Below are positions 19,988 through 29,152 of a stretch of DNA of 64,000 bases, in pieces. The first letter of the stretch is position 1. The number at the start of each line of letters is the position of its first letter. The notes under the pieces are model-generated. The model searched no databases and was not told where the DNA came from. It saw only the letters and a list, made by a program, of their open reading frames with translations. The stretch lies in contig JAIPJN010000001.1 in the NCBI GenBank assembly GCA_021734125.1, positions 26,957-90,956 on the forward strand, written 5' to 3'. The DNA is from Patescibacteria group bacterium. Its GTDB lineage: Bacteria > Patescibacteriota > Patescibacteriia > JAGPKW01. The translations under genes and the position numbers were made by a program.

Positions 19988-21169
19988 TTAATTTTTTATA
20001 AATTTGTGTATTTCTCTATATATATTTTGACTTTCTCTAGAATATACAAAATCTTTTAAATTTAAATCAAACTCTTTATTAAAATTATTTTCATAAAAAC
20101 CAATATTTTCTATGTTTTTTAATAAATCTAAATGTATAAGTTTTATTTCATTATGTATATTTTTAAATATAGGAAATACTATAATTACTTCCCCACCCTT
20201 TTTTAGAACTTTTTTAAAATTTTTAAATGCTTCAGTATATAAATCCTCAATATCTCTTTTTATTTCCATTATCTCTTTAATATTTTTTGGATTAAAATCA
20301 TTAGGTCCTAAATAAGGCTCTGTTATTATTATATCTATACTTTCTTTTTCAAAATCTAAATTTCTTACATCTTTTTTTTCTATTTTTGGATTTATTTTTA
20401 TTTCTGTATTATCTTTTAACCATTCTAAATTTTTTTTAGTATCTTCTATAGCCTTATCTGATATATCTGTTCCAATTATATTTTTATAATTTAATAAAAT
20501 TAATTCTTGTATTAAAGAACCACTACCACAAAATGGGTCTAGGATAATTCTGTCTTTCTTAGTGTTTGATATATTTATCATTATTTTACATAATTTTGGG
20601 GGCAACATTCCTGATTTAGAGTCTCTATTTGGTCTTCCGAAATCAAAATATGAATATTTTTCAAAATCTTGTACAGATTCCGTTTTTGCAATTAAATATT
20701 TATTTTGAAACTCAATAATTACAAATTCAAATCCCCTGTTTGATAATAATTTATTTTTTTGAACCACAACAGAAGATAAATTTTTTTGAGTTGATGTAAC
20801 AAATCTAGATGATATATTATTTCTTTTTAATTCATTTTTTACCTGTAACCCTATTTTATTAATATTAGTATCAAAATTATAAATACTTATTCCAAAAAAT
20901 ATTTTTTCATTTATATTATAATCTTTTATTAGATTAACCAATTTTTCTGAATTTATTTTTTTTGTTTCTTCTATAAATTTACAAAATTTTATTACTCCCC
21001 CAAAATTTTCAATAATTTCTTTTTTAATAATCTCTTCTGTTTCTATAATTAAAAAAATATTACTATAAATTTTATTTATAATTGTAATATTATTTTTTTT
21101 AAAATAATTTAAAATTTCTATAAGAGATAATTCATAATTATTTCCTAGTATAAATAGATATTTATTCAT
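19988..21169 (-). CDS. THUMP/UPF0020-type SAM-dependent RNA methyltransferase
   Basis: SAM motif I ILDPFCGSGSLIQE and motif IV ITEPYLG in the C-terminal half. Confidence 0.45.
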   Translation of the reverse strand: MNKYLFILGNNYELSLIEILNYFKKNNITIINKIYSNIFLIIETEEIIKKEIIENFGGVIKFCKFIEETKKINSEKLVNLIKDYNINEKIFFGISIYNFDTNINKIGLQVKNELKRNNISSRFVTSTQKNLSSVVVQKNKLLSNRGFEFVIIEFQNKYLIAKTESVQDFEKYSYFDFGRPNRDSKSGMLPPKLCKIMINISNTKKDRIILDPFCGSGSLIQELILLNYKNIIGTDISDKAIEDTKKNLEWLKDNTEIKINPKIEKKDVRNLDFEKESIDIIITEPYLGPNDFNPKNIKEIMEIKRDIEDLYTEAFKNFKKVLKKGGEVIIVFPIFKNIHNEIKLIHLDLLKNIENIGFYENNFNKEFDLNLKDFVYSRESQNIYREIHKFIKN

Positions 21170-22037
21170 TTATTTTTTGTTTGAGATATTTTTTAAATTC
21201 CTCTTTTATATCTTCCCTTTTTAATGCATAATCAACATTGGTTTTTAACCAAGATAATGGATTTCCTGTGTCATTATACTCTCCTTCTATTTTTTTTGCA
21301 TAAACATCATTTTTTTGAGAATAAATAGCTATTGAATCTGCAAGACATAATTCATTTTTACTATTTAATGGAGTTTTTTCTAAAACTTTAAAAATATCTG
21401 GTGTTAATATATATCCACCCAAAGATCCTACTCTTGATTTTGTTTTTTTAGGACCTGGTTTTTCAGTTAATTTTTCTACTTTAATAATCCCCTCTTTTAT
21501 TTTTTCACCTTCTATAACTCCATATTTTTTAGTCCCCTCTTCGCTTATATCCATAGCGGTTATAATTGGACTATTATATTCATAATATGCTTCTAAAAGT
21601 TGTTTTAAATGTGGTTTTTTGTTATTTAAAAACAAGTCATCTCCCCATAAAACAGCAAACGGTTCATCCCCTATAATATGTTTTGCGTCTAGTACTGGTG
21701 ATCCATTTCCATATCCACTTTTTTGTCTAACAAATATAAAATTCGCTAAATTAGGTATATTTTTAATTTCTTTTAAAAATTTTATTTTTCCTTGTTCTTC
21801 AAGATGAGATTCTAATTCTTTTGAAATTCCAAAATGATCTTCTATAGATCTTTTATTATAGTTTGTTACTAATATAATATCTTCTATTCCTGATTTCACT
21901 GCTTCTTCAACTATATACTGTATTATAGGTTTATCTATTATAGGTAGCATTTCTTTAGGTTGTGCTTTTGTTGCAGGTAAAAATCTAGTACCAAACCCAG
22001 CAACTGCTATAATAGCTTTTTTTACTTTTTTTTGCAT
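21162..22037 (-). CDS. galU: UTP--glucose-1-phosphate uridylyltransferase
   Basis: N-terminal KAIIAVAGFGTRFLPATKAQPKEMLPI. Confidence 0.8.
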   Translation of the reverse strand: MQKKVKKAIIAVAGFGTRFLPATKAQPKEMLPIIDKPIIQYIVEEAVKSGIEDIILVTNYNKRSIEDHFGISKELESHLEEQGKIKFLKEIKNIPNLANFIFVRQKSGYGNGSPVLDAKHIIGDEPFAVLWGDDLFLNNKKPHLKQLLEAYYEYNSPIITAMDISEEGTKKYGVIEGEKIKEGIIKVEKLTEKPGPKKTKSRVGSLGGYILTPDIFKVLEKTPLNSKNELCLADSIAIYSQKNDVYAKKIEGEYNDTGNPLSWLKTNVDYALKREDIKEEFKKYLKQKINE

Positions 22038-22040
22038 ATT

Positions 22041-23567
22041 TTATTTTAATTGATTTTTATATTCTTTTGCTATTTTTTTCTTTCTAAAAGACAAATAAAT
22101 TCCAAATGAAGATATTAATAAAGTTGGGATTACTATATTTACAAATTTTATTATATTTTTTTCTTTATTATCTAATTCTTTTATAGGATATGAGGCAATA
22201 TTTTTTGTTCTTATACTTATTAGAGCTTCCCCTTCTGTTAAATAATCAATTAAATTTTCAAAAAATACCATATTTTCTGAATTTGTTTGCATTATTGAGT
22301 CAGTTATTACTCTTGAACTTCCAAATACTACTAAATTGGATTTTATTATTTCCGTATTTTCAACTTCTGTTTCAGTTTCTGTTTCATTCTCAATATTTAT
22401 TTCATTTTGCATACTAGAAAAAACTGCAAGATTATATCTTTTTAAATCTTCGCCTTCTTCTATTGAATTAGGGTCTAAATTAAATTCTTCTTTTTGTTCC
22501 CAGGCATGACTTGTAGTTTTTATAAAACTTTTAGTATCATCATTTTCCTCTAAAATTTTTACAGAGGAACTCCAAGGAAATAATAATGAATTTAAGTTTT
22601 CAAAAATTGGATTATTTGTTTGAAAACCTGTTTCTTTAGCTTCTATCCAAAATGGATATGGAAGATAATAGCTTAAAAATCCACCACCAAAAGGTATTTT
22701 CATATTAGATTTATCTAATATTAAATTTTTATCAATTTCAATATTATACTTTTCTAAAAATTTATTTATTCCATGAGTATTTTCTACAGGTTCTAATCCT
22801 TCGCCAATATCATAATTATTTACTAAAACAGCTAAATTACCTCCATTTTCTAAATAATTATCTAATTTTTTTATATCTTCTTCTTGCAATTCTTCTTTAG
22901 GAGATGGGAATATTAAAGTATCTGTATTTTTTATATTCTCAACTTCCTTTAAAGAAATATCAGAAGTTTCATAATTTTCTGAAAGCTTTTCTTTTATTAT
23001 TGAATAATCTGATTCAACTCCATAATCAGATATAAATCCTACTGTCTTAGATTCTTCTCTTGTTAATCTTAATATTATTGAAGTTATATCATATTCTAAA
23101 TTAGAAATATCTTGAACGACAGGTATTACTTCTTGTTTTTCTTTGTATGAAATTTGGATTCCTAAATAACCTTTTTTAATAGCAAATTCATCTTTTTTTA
23201 TATCATTCAATTGTAATTCTTGAATTCCAAGATTTTTTGCTTCTTCTGCTATTTTTTCATCAGTATTTGGATCTAAAAATTTTATATTAACTTTACCTTT
23301 CGAATAAGCTTCATATTCTTTTAAAATATCTTCTGTATATTGGTATAATCCAACTAAATTAGCTGGTAAATCTTTAGTAAAAAATACTTTTATATTTACA
23401 TTATCTTCTATATTTTTTAATATTTTAACAGTTGAATCTGAAACTGAATATTGTTTTGTTTTTGTAAAATCAAATCTTAAAAAAAGATTAAAAGCTACTA
23501 AATTAATAGTAATTAAAAGTATTGCTATTATTATATTTTGTGTTCTTTTTGAAATTTTTTGTTTCAT
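22041..23567 (-). CDS. GldG-like ABC-transporter auxiliary component (ABC_transp_aux type)
   Basis: 508 aa with N- and C-terminal TM anchors and a large extracytoplasmic domain, encoded directly upstream of an ABC-2 permease and ATPase. Confidence 0.4.
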   Translation of the reverse strand: MKQKISKRTQNIIIAILLITINLVAFNLFLRFDFTKTKQYSVSDSTVKILKNIEDNVNIKVFFTKDLPANLVGLYQYTEDILKEYEAYSKGKVNIKFLDPNTDEKIAEEAKNLGIQELQLNDIKKDEFAIKKGYLGIQISYKEKQEVIPVVQDISNLEYDITSIILRLTREESKTVGFISDYGVESDYSIIKEKLSENYETSDISLKEVENIKNTDTLIFPSPKEELQEEDIKKLDNYLENGGNLAVLVNNYDIGEGLEPVENTHGINKFLEKYNIEIDKNLILDKSNMKIPFGGGFLSYYLPYPFWIEAKETGFQTNNPIFENLNSLLFPWSSSVKILEENDDTKSFIKTTSHAWEQKEEFNLDPNSIEEGEDLKRYNLAVFSSMQNEINIENETETETEVENTEIIKSNLVVFGSSRVITDSIMQTNSENMVFFENLIDYLTEGEALISIRTKNIASYPIKELDNKEKNIIKFVNIVIPTLLISSFGIYLSFRKKKIAKEYKNQLK

Positions 23568-23571
23568 ATAT

Positions 23572-24165
23572 TTATATTTCTTTCAAGTATGTTAAAACTT
23601 TTTTTATATCTTCCCAAACATCTTTTTTAAGTGGTGATTTTTCTCCACCATTTCTTAAAATGTATGAAGGATGATAAATAGGCATTACCTTAATATTTTT
23701 ATATTCACCAAATATACCATGTATTTTAGTAATCCCCTGTTTTGTATTTAATATAAATTTTGTTGCAGGATTTCCTAATGTTACGATAACTTTTGGTTTT
23801 ATAATTTCTATTTGTTTTTCAAGTATAAAACAACAATTATTTATTTCATCTTTTTCTGGTGCTCTGTCTGTTTTACCTTCTAAATTTATTGTTGGTCTAC
23901 ATTTTACTATATTTGATATATATACATCATCTCTTTTTATTTGCATTCCTTTTTCTATAATTCCAGTAAGTAATTTACCAGAGCGTCCTACAAATGGTTT
24001 TCCAATCTCATCCTCTTCTCTTCCGGGAGCTTCTCCTATAAACATTATTTTTGCGTCTGGACTACCTTCTCCAAAAACATAATTTTTTCTAGTTGTACAT
24101 AATTTGCAATTCATACAATCGCATGTTTCTTCATATAAAACTTCTAATTTTTCTTTTTTTGTCAT
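23572..24165 (-). CDS. Uracil-DNA glycosylase, family 4
   Basis: Motif [23 protein letters not shown] plus N-terminal Cys ligands for an Fe-S cluster. Confidence 0.7.
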   Translation of the reverse strand: MTKKEKLEVLYEETCDCMNCKLCTTRKNYVFGEGSPDAKIMFIGEAPGREEDEIGKPFVGRSGKLLTGIIEKGMQIKRDDVYISNIVKCRPTINLEGKTDRAPEKDEINNCCFILEKQIEIIKPKVIVTLGNPATKFILNTKQGITKIHGIFGEYKNIKVMPIYHPSYILRNGGEKSPLKKDVWEDIKKVLTYLKEI

Positions 24166-24194
24166 AATAAATTATATAAATATTTATATGAAAA

Positions 24195-24268
24195 CGGCTA
24201 CGAGACCTGGATTCGAACCAGGATAAACAGGTCCAGAACCTGTTGTCCTACCATTAGACGATCTCGTA
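24195..24268 (-). tRNA. tRNA-Gln (CUG)
   Basis: The reverse complement folds as UACGAGA-UC-GUCU-AAUGGUA-GGAC-A-ACAGG-UUCUGGA-CCUGU-UUAU-CCUGG-UUCGAAU-CCAGG-UCUCGUA-G. It has the U1:A72 pair typical of bacterial tRNA-Gln and the anticodon CUG. Confidence 0.75.
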
Positions 24269-24272
24269 AACA

Positions 24273-24974
24273 TTAATTATCTATTTTTCTAATTGCTAAA
24301 TAATTAAATAAAGAAATTATACTGAAATAATAAACTAAATTTTTTATATCAATAACTCCTTTTATTAAATTATTATAGTGTTCTATACTTCCTAAATATT
24401 TAAAAGGTATAATGAGCCAATTTGGAAGCATAAAAGTTATATAGGGTTGTCCAATTAGAAGTAATAAAAACAATATAACAACTGTAGTTAAAAATGCTAC
24501 TATTTGATTTTTTGTAAAAGAAGAAATAAAAATTCCTATTGCTATATATGATGCTCCTAATAAAAAAGCACCTAAATAACTACTTATTATAACACCTAAA
24601 TCCAATCCTCCTGTATAAGATAATGTTATTGGTATAGTTAATGATAATAATAGTATTATTGACAAAAACATAAGTGCACCTAGAAATTTTCCAAATATAA
24701 TATCAAAACCTGTAATGGGAGAGGTTTTTAAAATTTCTTGAGTACCTGATTTTTTTTCTTCAGATATACTTCTCATGGTTATTGCAGGAAGTAAAAATAA
24801 AAAAGTATAAGGTATTAATCCAAAAAATTCTCTCATATTATTTTGCCCTACTAGAAAAAATGTTCTAAAGAATAAAAATGAAGTTAGAACTAAAAATAAT
24901 CCTATTACAATATAAGCCATTATTGAATTAAAGTAAGAAAATAATTCTTTTTTTGTTATAGTCCAAAATTTCAT
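24273..24974 (-). CDS. ABC-2 type permease (GldF-like)
   Basis: 6 TM helices, adjacent to and co-oriented with the ABC ATPase. Confidence 0.5.
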   Translation of the reverse strand: MKFWTITKKELFSYFNSIMAYIVIGLFLVLTSFLFFRTFFLVGQNNMREFFGLIPYTFLFLLPAITMRSISEEKKSGTQEILKTSPITGFDIIFGKFLGALMFLSIILLLSLTIPITLSYTGGLDLGVIISSYLGAFLLGASYIAIGIFISSFTKNQIVAFLTTVVILFLLLLIGQPYITFMLPNWLIIPFKYLGSIEHYNNLIKGVIDIKNLVYYFSIISLFNYLAIRKIDN

Positions 24975-24978
24975 AAGT

Positions 24979-25911
24979 CTATTTTGTTAATTTTTTGAAA
25001 ATATCTTCTAATGTAGATTCTTTTTTAATAATTTCTAATAAATCATAATTATGAATTTGTATATATTTCATAAAATCATGTCTTAAATCAACATCAGAAT
25101 CAGCTTTTATTTCTATATTTATTTCTCCTGAATCAAAACTAGCACTAACCTCTAAAACATTATTTATTGTTGATATTTCATCTTTTACTCTGTCTGATAT
25201 ATTTTCTTCAGCTTTTATTTTTGCTTTTAATATATTATTTTCTGTTTTAGCTTTTATTTCTTTTATATTTGAAGATAATACTATTTCCCCTTTATCTATA
25301 ATAATTACTCTATCACATATAGCTTCTACTTCTTGCATTATATGGGTTGATATCATTATAGTTTTATCTTTTGATATTTTTTTTATTAATTCTCTAATTT
25401 CTAAAATTTGATTTGGATCTAAGCCAGTAGTAGGTTCATCTAAAATCAATATTTTAGGATTATGTATTAAAGCTCCTGCAAGTCCAACTCTTTGTTGTAA
25501 ACCTTTAGATAAGGTTTTTATATCATCTTTTAATCTATCTTTTATTGAACAAGATTCTATTACTTCTTTTATTTTTAATGCTTGTTCTTCTTTTTTAATA
25601 TTATGAATACTTAAACAAAATTTAAGATATTCTTCAACTGTCATATCTTCGTATAAAGGATTGTTTTCAGGTAAATATCCTATTTGTTTTTTTAAGAATT
25701 CTATATTTTGATTATTAATTATTTTATCATCAAGTATTACTTCACCAGTATTTTTACTATAATAACCAGTAATAATTCTCATAAGAGTAGTTTTACCTGC
25801 TCCATTTGGACCTAATAGCCCTAATATTTCTCCATCATTTAATTCTAAATTAATATTTTTTAGAATTTTTGTATTATTTATTGATTTTGATATATTTTCT
25901 ATTTTTAACAT
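24979..25911 (-). CDS. ABC transporter ATP-binding protein (GldA-like)
   Basis: Walker A GPNGAGKTT, signature LSKGLQQR, and Walker B ILILDEPT. Confidence 0.8.
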   Translation of the reverse strand: MLKIENISKSINNTKILKNINLELNDGEILGLLGPNGAGKTTLMRIITGYYSKNTGEVILDDKIINNQNIEFLKKQIGYLPENNPLYEDMTVEEYLKFCLSIHNIKKEEQALKIKEVIESCSIKDRLKDDIKTLSKGLQQRVGLAGALIHNPKILILDEPTTGLDPNQILEIRELIKKISKDKTIMISTHIMQEVEAICDRVIIIDKGEIVLSSNIKEIKAKTENNILKAKIKAEENISDRVKDEISTINNVLEVSASFDSGEINIEIKADSDVDLRHDFMKYIQIHNYDLLEIIKKESTLEDIFKKLTK

Positions 25912-25960
25912 TTTTACTTTAATTTACTTTCTTTTAAAACATTTTAACGTTATTTTTTTA

Positions 25961-27301
25961 TTATTTCAAGTCATTTTTAACTTCCCTTGCAAGATATAAT
26001 GAGCCTGTTATTAATAATGGTAAATTTTCGTCTTTACCCTTTTTCTTACCCATTTTAATGGCTTTTTTTAAATTTTTCCTTTTTGAAAAATTTTCTATTT
26101 CCAAATCTTTTGCTATATTTCCCAAATCTTTTACAGTAAAACTTTTTGTTGTACTAAATTCTGTAAATATAAATTTATCAACTATTGGTTTTATTTTTTT
26201 TAATATTTTTTTTGCATCTTTGTTTGATTTTAAAGCCAATATACATAAAAATTTTCTGCTTCCATATATTTTTTTAAGGGATTTATAAAGGGCCCCCATT
26301 TTGTGTTCATTGTGGGCGCCATCTACTATAATTAAAGGTTTTTTATTTACTATTTCAAGTCTTGCTCCAAAAAAACAACTATTTAAAGCTTCTTTTATTT
26401 TATTTTCATTAATTTTTTTATTTAATATCCCTAATTCTTTTAATTTAAAATATGTTTTTAGTGCTATTGTTGCATTTATTGCTTGAAATTTACCTAATAA
26501 ATCTAGTTTTATATTTTTTATATTATATTTTTTATCTACATAATCAAATTTTGTATTTAATTCTGTTAAAAATATATTTTCTGGATAAAAATTATCTTTA
26601 ATAAAAAAAACTTCTTTATTATTTATTAAACAATGTTCTATTAATATTTCTTTTAATATTTTTTGAGTTATTCCTGAAATTATATATTTTGAATTTTCTG
26701 CTCCTAACATTTTATCCCTTAAAATTGTTGGTTTAGTTTTCCCTAAAAAAGCAGTATGATCTATTCCAACATTTGTAATGACTGTTATTATATTATTGCA
26801 AACTCTGGAATAATCATATTTTCCTCCCATGCCAGCTTCTAAAACAAGAAACTTTACATCTTTTTTTACAAAATAATATAATCCTACAAAATACATCATT
26901 TCAAAATCTGATATAGCATAATTTTCTTCTTTTAATTCATTTAAAATAGGGATAATCTTATTTACACAATCTATTAAATCGTCTTTTGATATTAATTCAT
27001 CATTAATTTTTATTCTTTCTCGTATATCCATTAGATGTGGAGAAGTTATCATTCCAATCTTTATGTTTTCTGTTTTTAATAAATTAAATAAAAAATTAGA
27101 GGTTGACCCCTTTCCTGAGGTTCCTATTACATTAACTGATTTTATCTTTTTTTCAGGATGTCCTAATTTTTCTAATATATATTCATTTTTTTTAAAACCA
27201 ACTCCGGTTTTCCCATATTTTGGAGAATTATTTTGATATAAATTATAATAATTTTTTAAAAATTCTTCTAAATCTTTATAATTTTTGATCTTTTTTTCCA
27301 T
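25961..27301 (-). CDS. folC: Folylpolyglutamate synthase / dihydrofolate synthase (Mur ligase family)
   Basis: P-loop VIGTSGKGST and the DGAHN motif. Confidence 0.65.
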   Translation of the reverse strand: MEKKIKNYKDLEEFLKNYYNLYQNNSPKYGKTGVGFKKNEYILEKLGHPEKKIKSVNVIGTSGKGSTSNFLFNLLKTENIKIGMITSPHLMDIRERIKINDELISKDDLIDCVNKIIPILNELKEENYAISDFEMMYFVGLYYFVKKDVKFLVLEAGMGGKYDYSRVCNNIITVITNVGIDHTAFLGKTKPTILRDKMLGAENSKYIISGITQKILKEILIEHCLINNKEVFFIKDNFYPENIFLTELNTKFDYVDKKYNIKNIKLDLLGKFQAINATIALKTYFKLKELGILNKKINENKIKEALNSCFFGARLEIVNKKPLIIVDGAHNEHKMGALYKSLKKIYGSRKFLCILALKSNKDAKKILKKIKPIVDKFIFTEFSTTKSFTVKDLGNIAKDLEIENFSKRKNLKKAIKMGKKKGKDENLPLLITGSLYLAREVKNDLK

Positions 27302-27303
27302 AA

Positions 27304-27729
27304 TTATTTATGATATTTTTTATTATTTATAACCATAAAACTTCTATAAATCTGTTCAAATAAAAATAACCTTGTCATATCGTGAATCATGGTCATTTGT
27401 GATAAAGAAATTTTATCTAATTTTTTCTTTATTTCAGAATTAAAACCTTCTGCACCACCTATTATAAATATGGGGTTTTGATGTAAATTTTTTATAAATT
27501 CTGAAAAAGAAATAGAATTATATTCCTTTCCTTCTTCATCTAATAGAAAAGTATTTTTATTTATATACCTTTCTAAAGTTTTAGAATTATTTTCTCTTCC
27601 TTTATCTTTTAATTCTATTGTCTCTATTTTACAAAACATTTGCAATCTTTGGCAATACTGAGAAATACCATCTTTAATATATTTTTCCTTTATTTTACCA
27701 AAGGTAACTACTTTTATCTTACTTATCAT
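27304..27729 (-). CDS. rlmH: 23S rRNA (pseudouridine1915-N3)-methyltransferase RlmH
   Basis: IIGGAEGF and LSLSQMTMIHDMTRLFLFEQIYRSFMV align with the RlmH SPOUT motifs. Confidence 0.75.
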   Translation of the reverse strand: MISKIKVVTFGKIKEKYIKDGISQYCQRLQMFCKIETIELKDKGRENNSKTLERYINKNTFLLDEEGKEYNSISFSEFIKNLHQNPIFIIGGAEGFNSEIKKKLDKISLSQMTMIHDMTRLFLFEQIYRSFMVINNKKYHK

Positions 27730-28162
27730 TATTTTTTAAAATTTTAAATATAAGTATTCCTGTTAAGATAATAATAAATATATCTACTAAGTTAAAAATG
27801 ACTAAGTTAAAAACATTAAAATAATCTATAACATAGCCATAATATAATCTATCATAAAGATTTGATGTTGATATTAATATAAGAATTAATAATATATTGT
27901 TTATATTATACTTATTTTTTTTATTTAAGATTAAAAATAAAATTAATATTATAAAAAAAGACACAGAAAATAATATTGATAACCAATTTTCTGTGCTTAT
28001 ACCAAAACTTAAACCATAATTTTTAAATGTCTCTAAAGAAATGTAATTATTTAAAATAATATTTTTTGGAACTTTTAAAAAATAGTATTTAATAAGTCTA
28101 TCAAATATTAATACAATAAAAAAAGAAACAAAAATTATTTGTTTTTTTGTTTTAGATAACAT
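27719..28162 (-). CDS. lspA: Lipoprotein signal peptidase II
   Basis: 4 TM helices. NYGLSFGI matches the LspA N(T)GAAF box, and VIDYF matches the downstream Asp box. Confidence 0.5.
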   Translation of the reverse strand: MLSKTKKQIIFVSFFIVLIFDRLIKYYFLKVPKNIILNNYISLETFKNYGLSFGISTENWLSILFSVSFFIILILFLILNKKNKYNINNILLILILISTSNLYDRLYYGYVIDYFNVFNLVIFNLVDIFIIILTGILIFKILKNNDK

Positions 28163-28520
28163 CTTTTTCTATTTTTCTTTGGCATTCAGAACAATATAAC
28201 GCACTAGGAAAATATTCTAGCCTTTTTTTATCTATTTTTTTTGAACAATGGTCACATTTACCATATGTTCCTTTTTCTATTTTATTTAAAGCTTTTTCAT
28301 ATTGCTTTAAATCTTTTACAAAAGAATTTATAAGTGAATTTTTATCTAATTGATCAGATAATTCTGTTGCATTATCTTCATCTGCTGAACCATATTCTTC
28401 ATGAAGAGCTGTATAATCTCCATCACTATCTTTTGTAGCTATTTGAGACAACTTTTCTATTGTCTCCTCTTTTTGTTTAATAAGGATTTCTTTAAATTTT
28501 TTTAATTCTGCTTTATTCAT
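28152..28520 (-). CDS. DksA/TraR-family C4 zinc-finger protein
   Basis: C-terminal CDHC...CSEC zinc ribbon in the 122-aa ORF. Confidence 0.6.
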   Translation of the reverse strand: MNKAELKKFKEILIKQKEETIEKLSQIATKDSDGDYTALHEEYGSADEDNATELSDQLDKNSLINSFVKDLKQYEKALNKIEKGTYGKCDHCSKKIDKKRLEYFPSALYCSECQRKIEKDVI

Positions 28521-28627
28521 TTTTAGTGAATTAATTTTAAAATACTATATAAAAAATAGTAAACACACTATATCATTTTTATAATAAGTTTACAATATTA
28601 ATCTAATAAATTTTCTTAATAAAAAAA

Positions 28628-28754
28628 GGCCGAGAGATTTTACCCTTAGCTTCGGAACTTGCTTATACTAGGATTACTCATTAATTGAATTAATAAATTA
28701 TCACTAGTATGAGTAAGTTCCGAAAATTATTATTTTTTAAAGGGCCTCTCGGCT
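28628..28754 (+). ncRNA. Candidate structured RNA, or an unusually long bidirectional terminator. It is a 127-nt extended hairpin made of an 8-bp GC clamp, an asymmetric internal loop (14 versus 21 nt), a 21-bp stem, and an apical mini-palindrome TTAATTGAATTAA.
   Basis: GGCCGAGAG...CTCTCGGC for the outer clamp. TTCGGAACTTGCTTATACTAG pairs with CTAGTATGAGTAAGTTCCGAA. The two mismatches are G·U and U·G on the plus strand only. U-rich tracts lie on both sides. Confidence 0.3.
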
Positions 28755-28972
28755 ATTTATTTTTGTTATCAATTATTTCTTATAAGAATTAATTGAAATT
28801 TTCGTTGCTACATCAACTTTTTTCTTACCATTTCTAATGGTTAAACTCATAAATTTTACCCCAGATAAATTTTTTATTTTTATCTTGGAACTTATAAATT
28901 TCTCCTTTTTATTTTTATTATCTATTGTTTTAAATACTTAAAGTAGAAGTATTTGTATAAAACAGTAAGAAT

Positions 28973-29012
28973 GGAACTTATATGAAAGAATATTTCATAT
29001 AAGATCTATTCC
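28973..29012. terminator. Hairpin downstream of the minus-strand gene 29153..30475
   Basis: Stem CTTATATGAAA, loop GAATA, stem TTTCATATAAG (11 bp), extended by GGAA/TTCC. Confidence 0.4.
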
Positions 29013-29152
29013 TTGATAACCTTTTATTTTTTATGAACCTTTACTTTATTACAATTCTATTATATCACTTATTTTACTTATATGCAATATCTTAGTTATA
29101 TTTATTTAATTTTTTTTGCTAATTTTAGGGTTTAAATAATTGAACAATATTT

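Noticed and set aside
28628-28754. Naming the long hairpin as SRP RNA, 6S RNA, tmRNA or RNase P RNA
   Set aside because: The conserved SRP domain-IV motifs (GGAA tetraloop, AGCAG and CAGG boxes), the tmRNA tRNA-like ends and the RNase P P4 sequences are all absent. Only the generic architecture resembles 6S, so it is left as an unnamed candidate.
28783-28861. 26-codon minus-strand ORF (MSLTIRNGKKKVDVATKISINSYKK) preceded by GGAG, considered as a small ribosomal protein
   Set aside because: No similarity to bL28, bL31, bL33, bL34, bL35, bL36 or bS21 consensus sequences. It is too short and unsupported.
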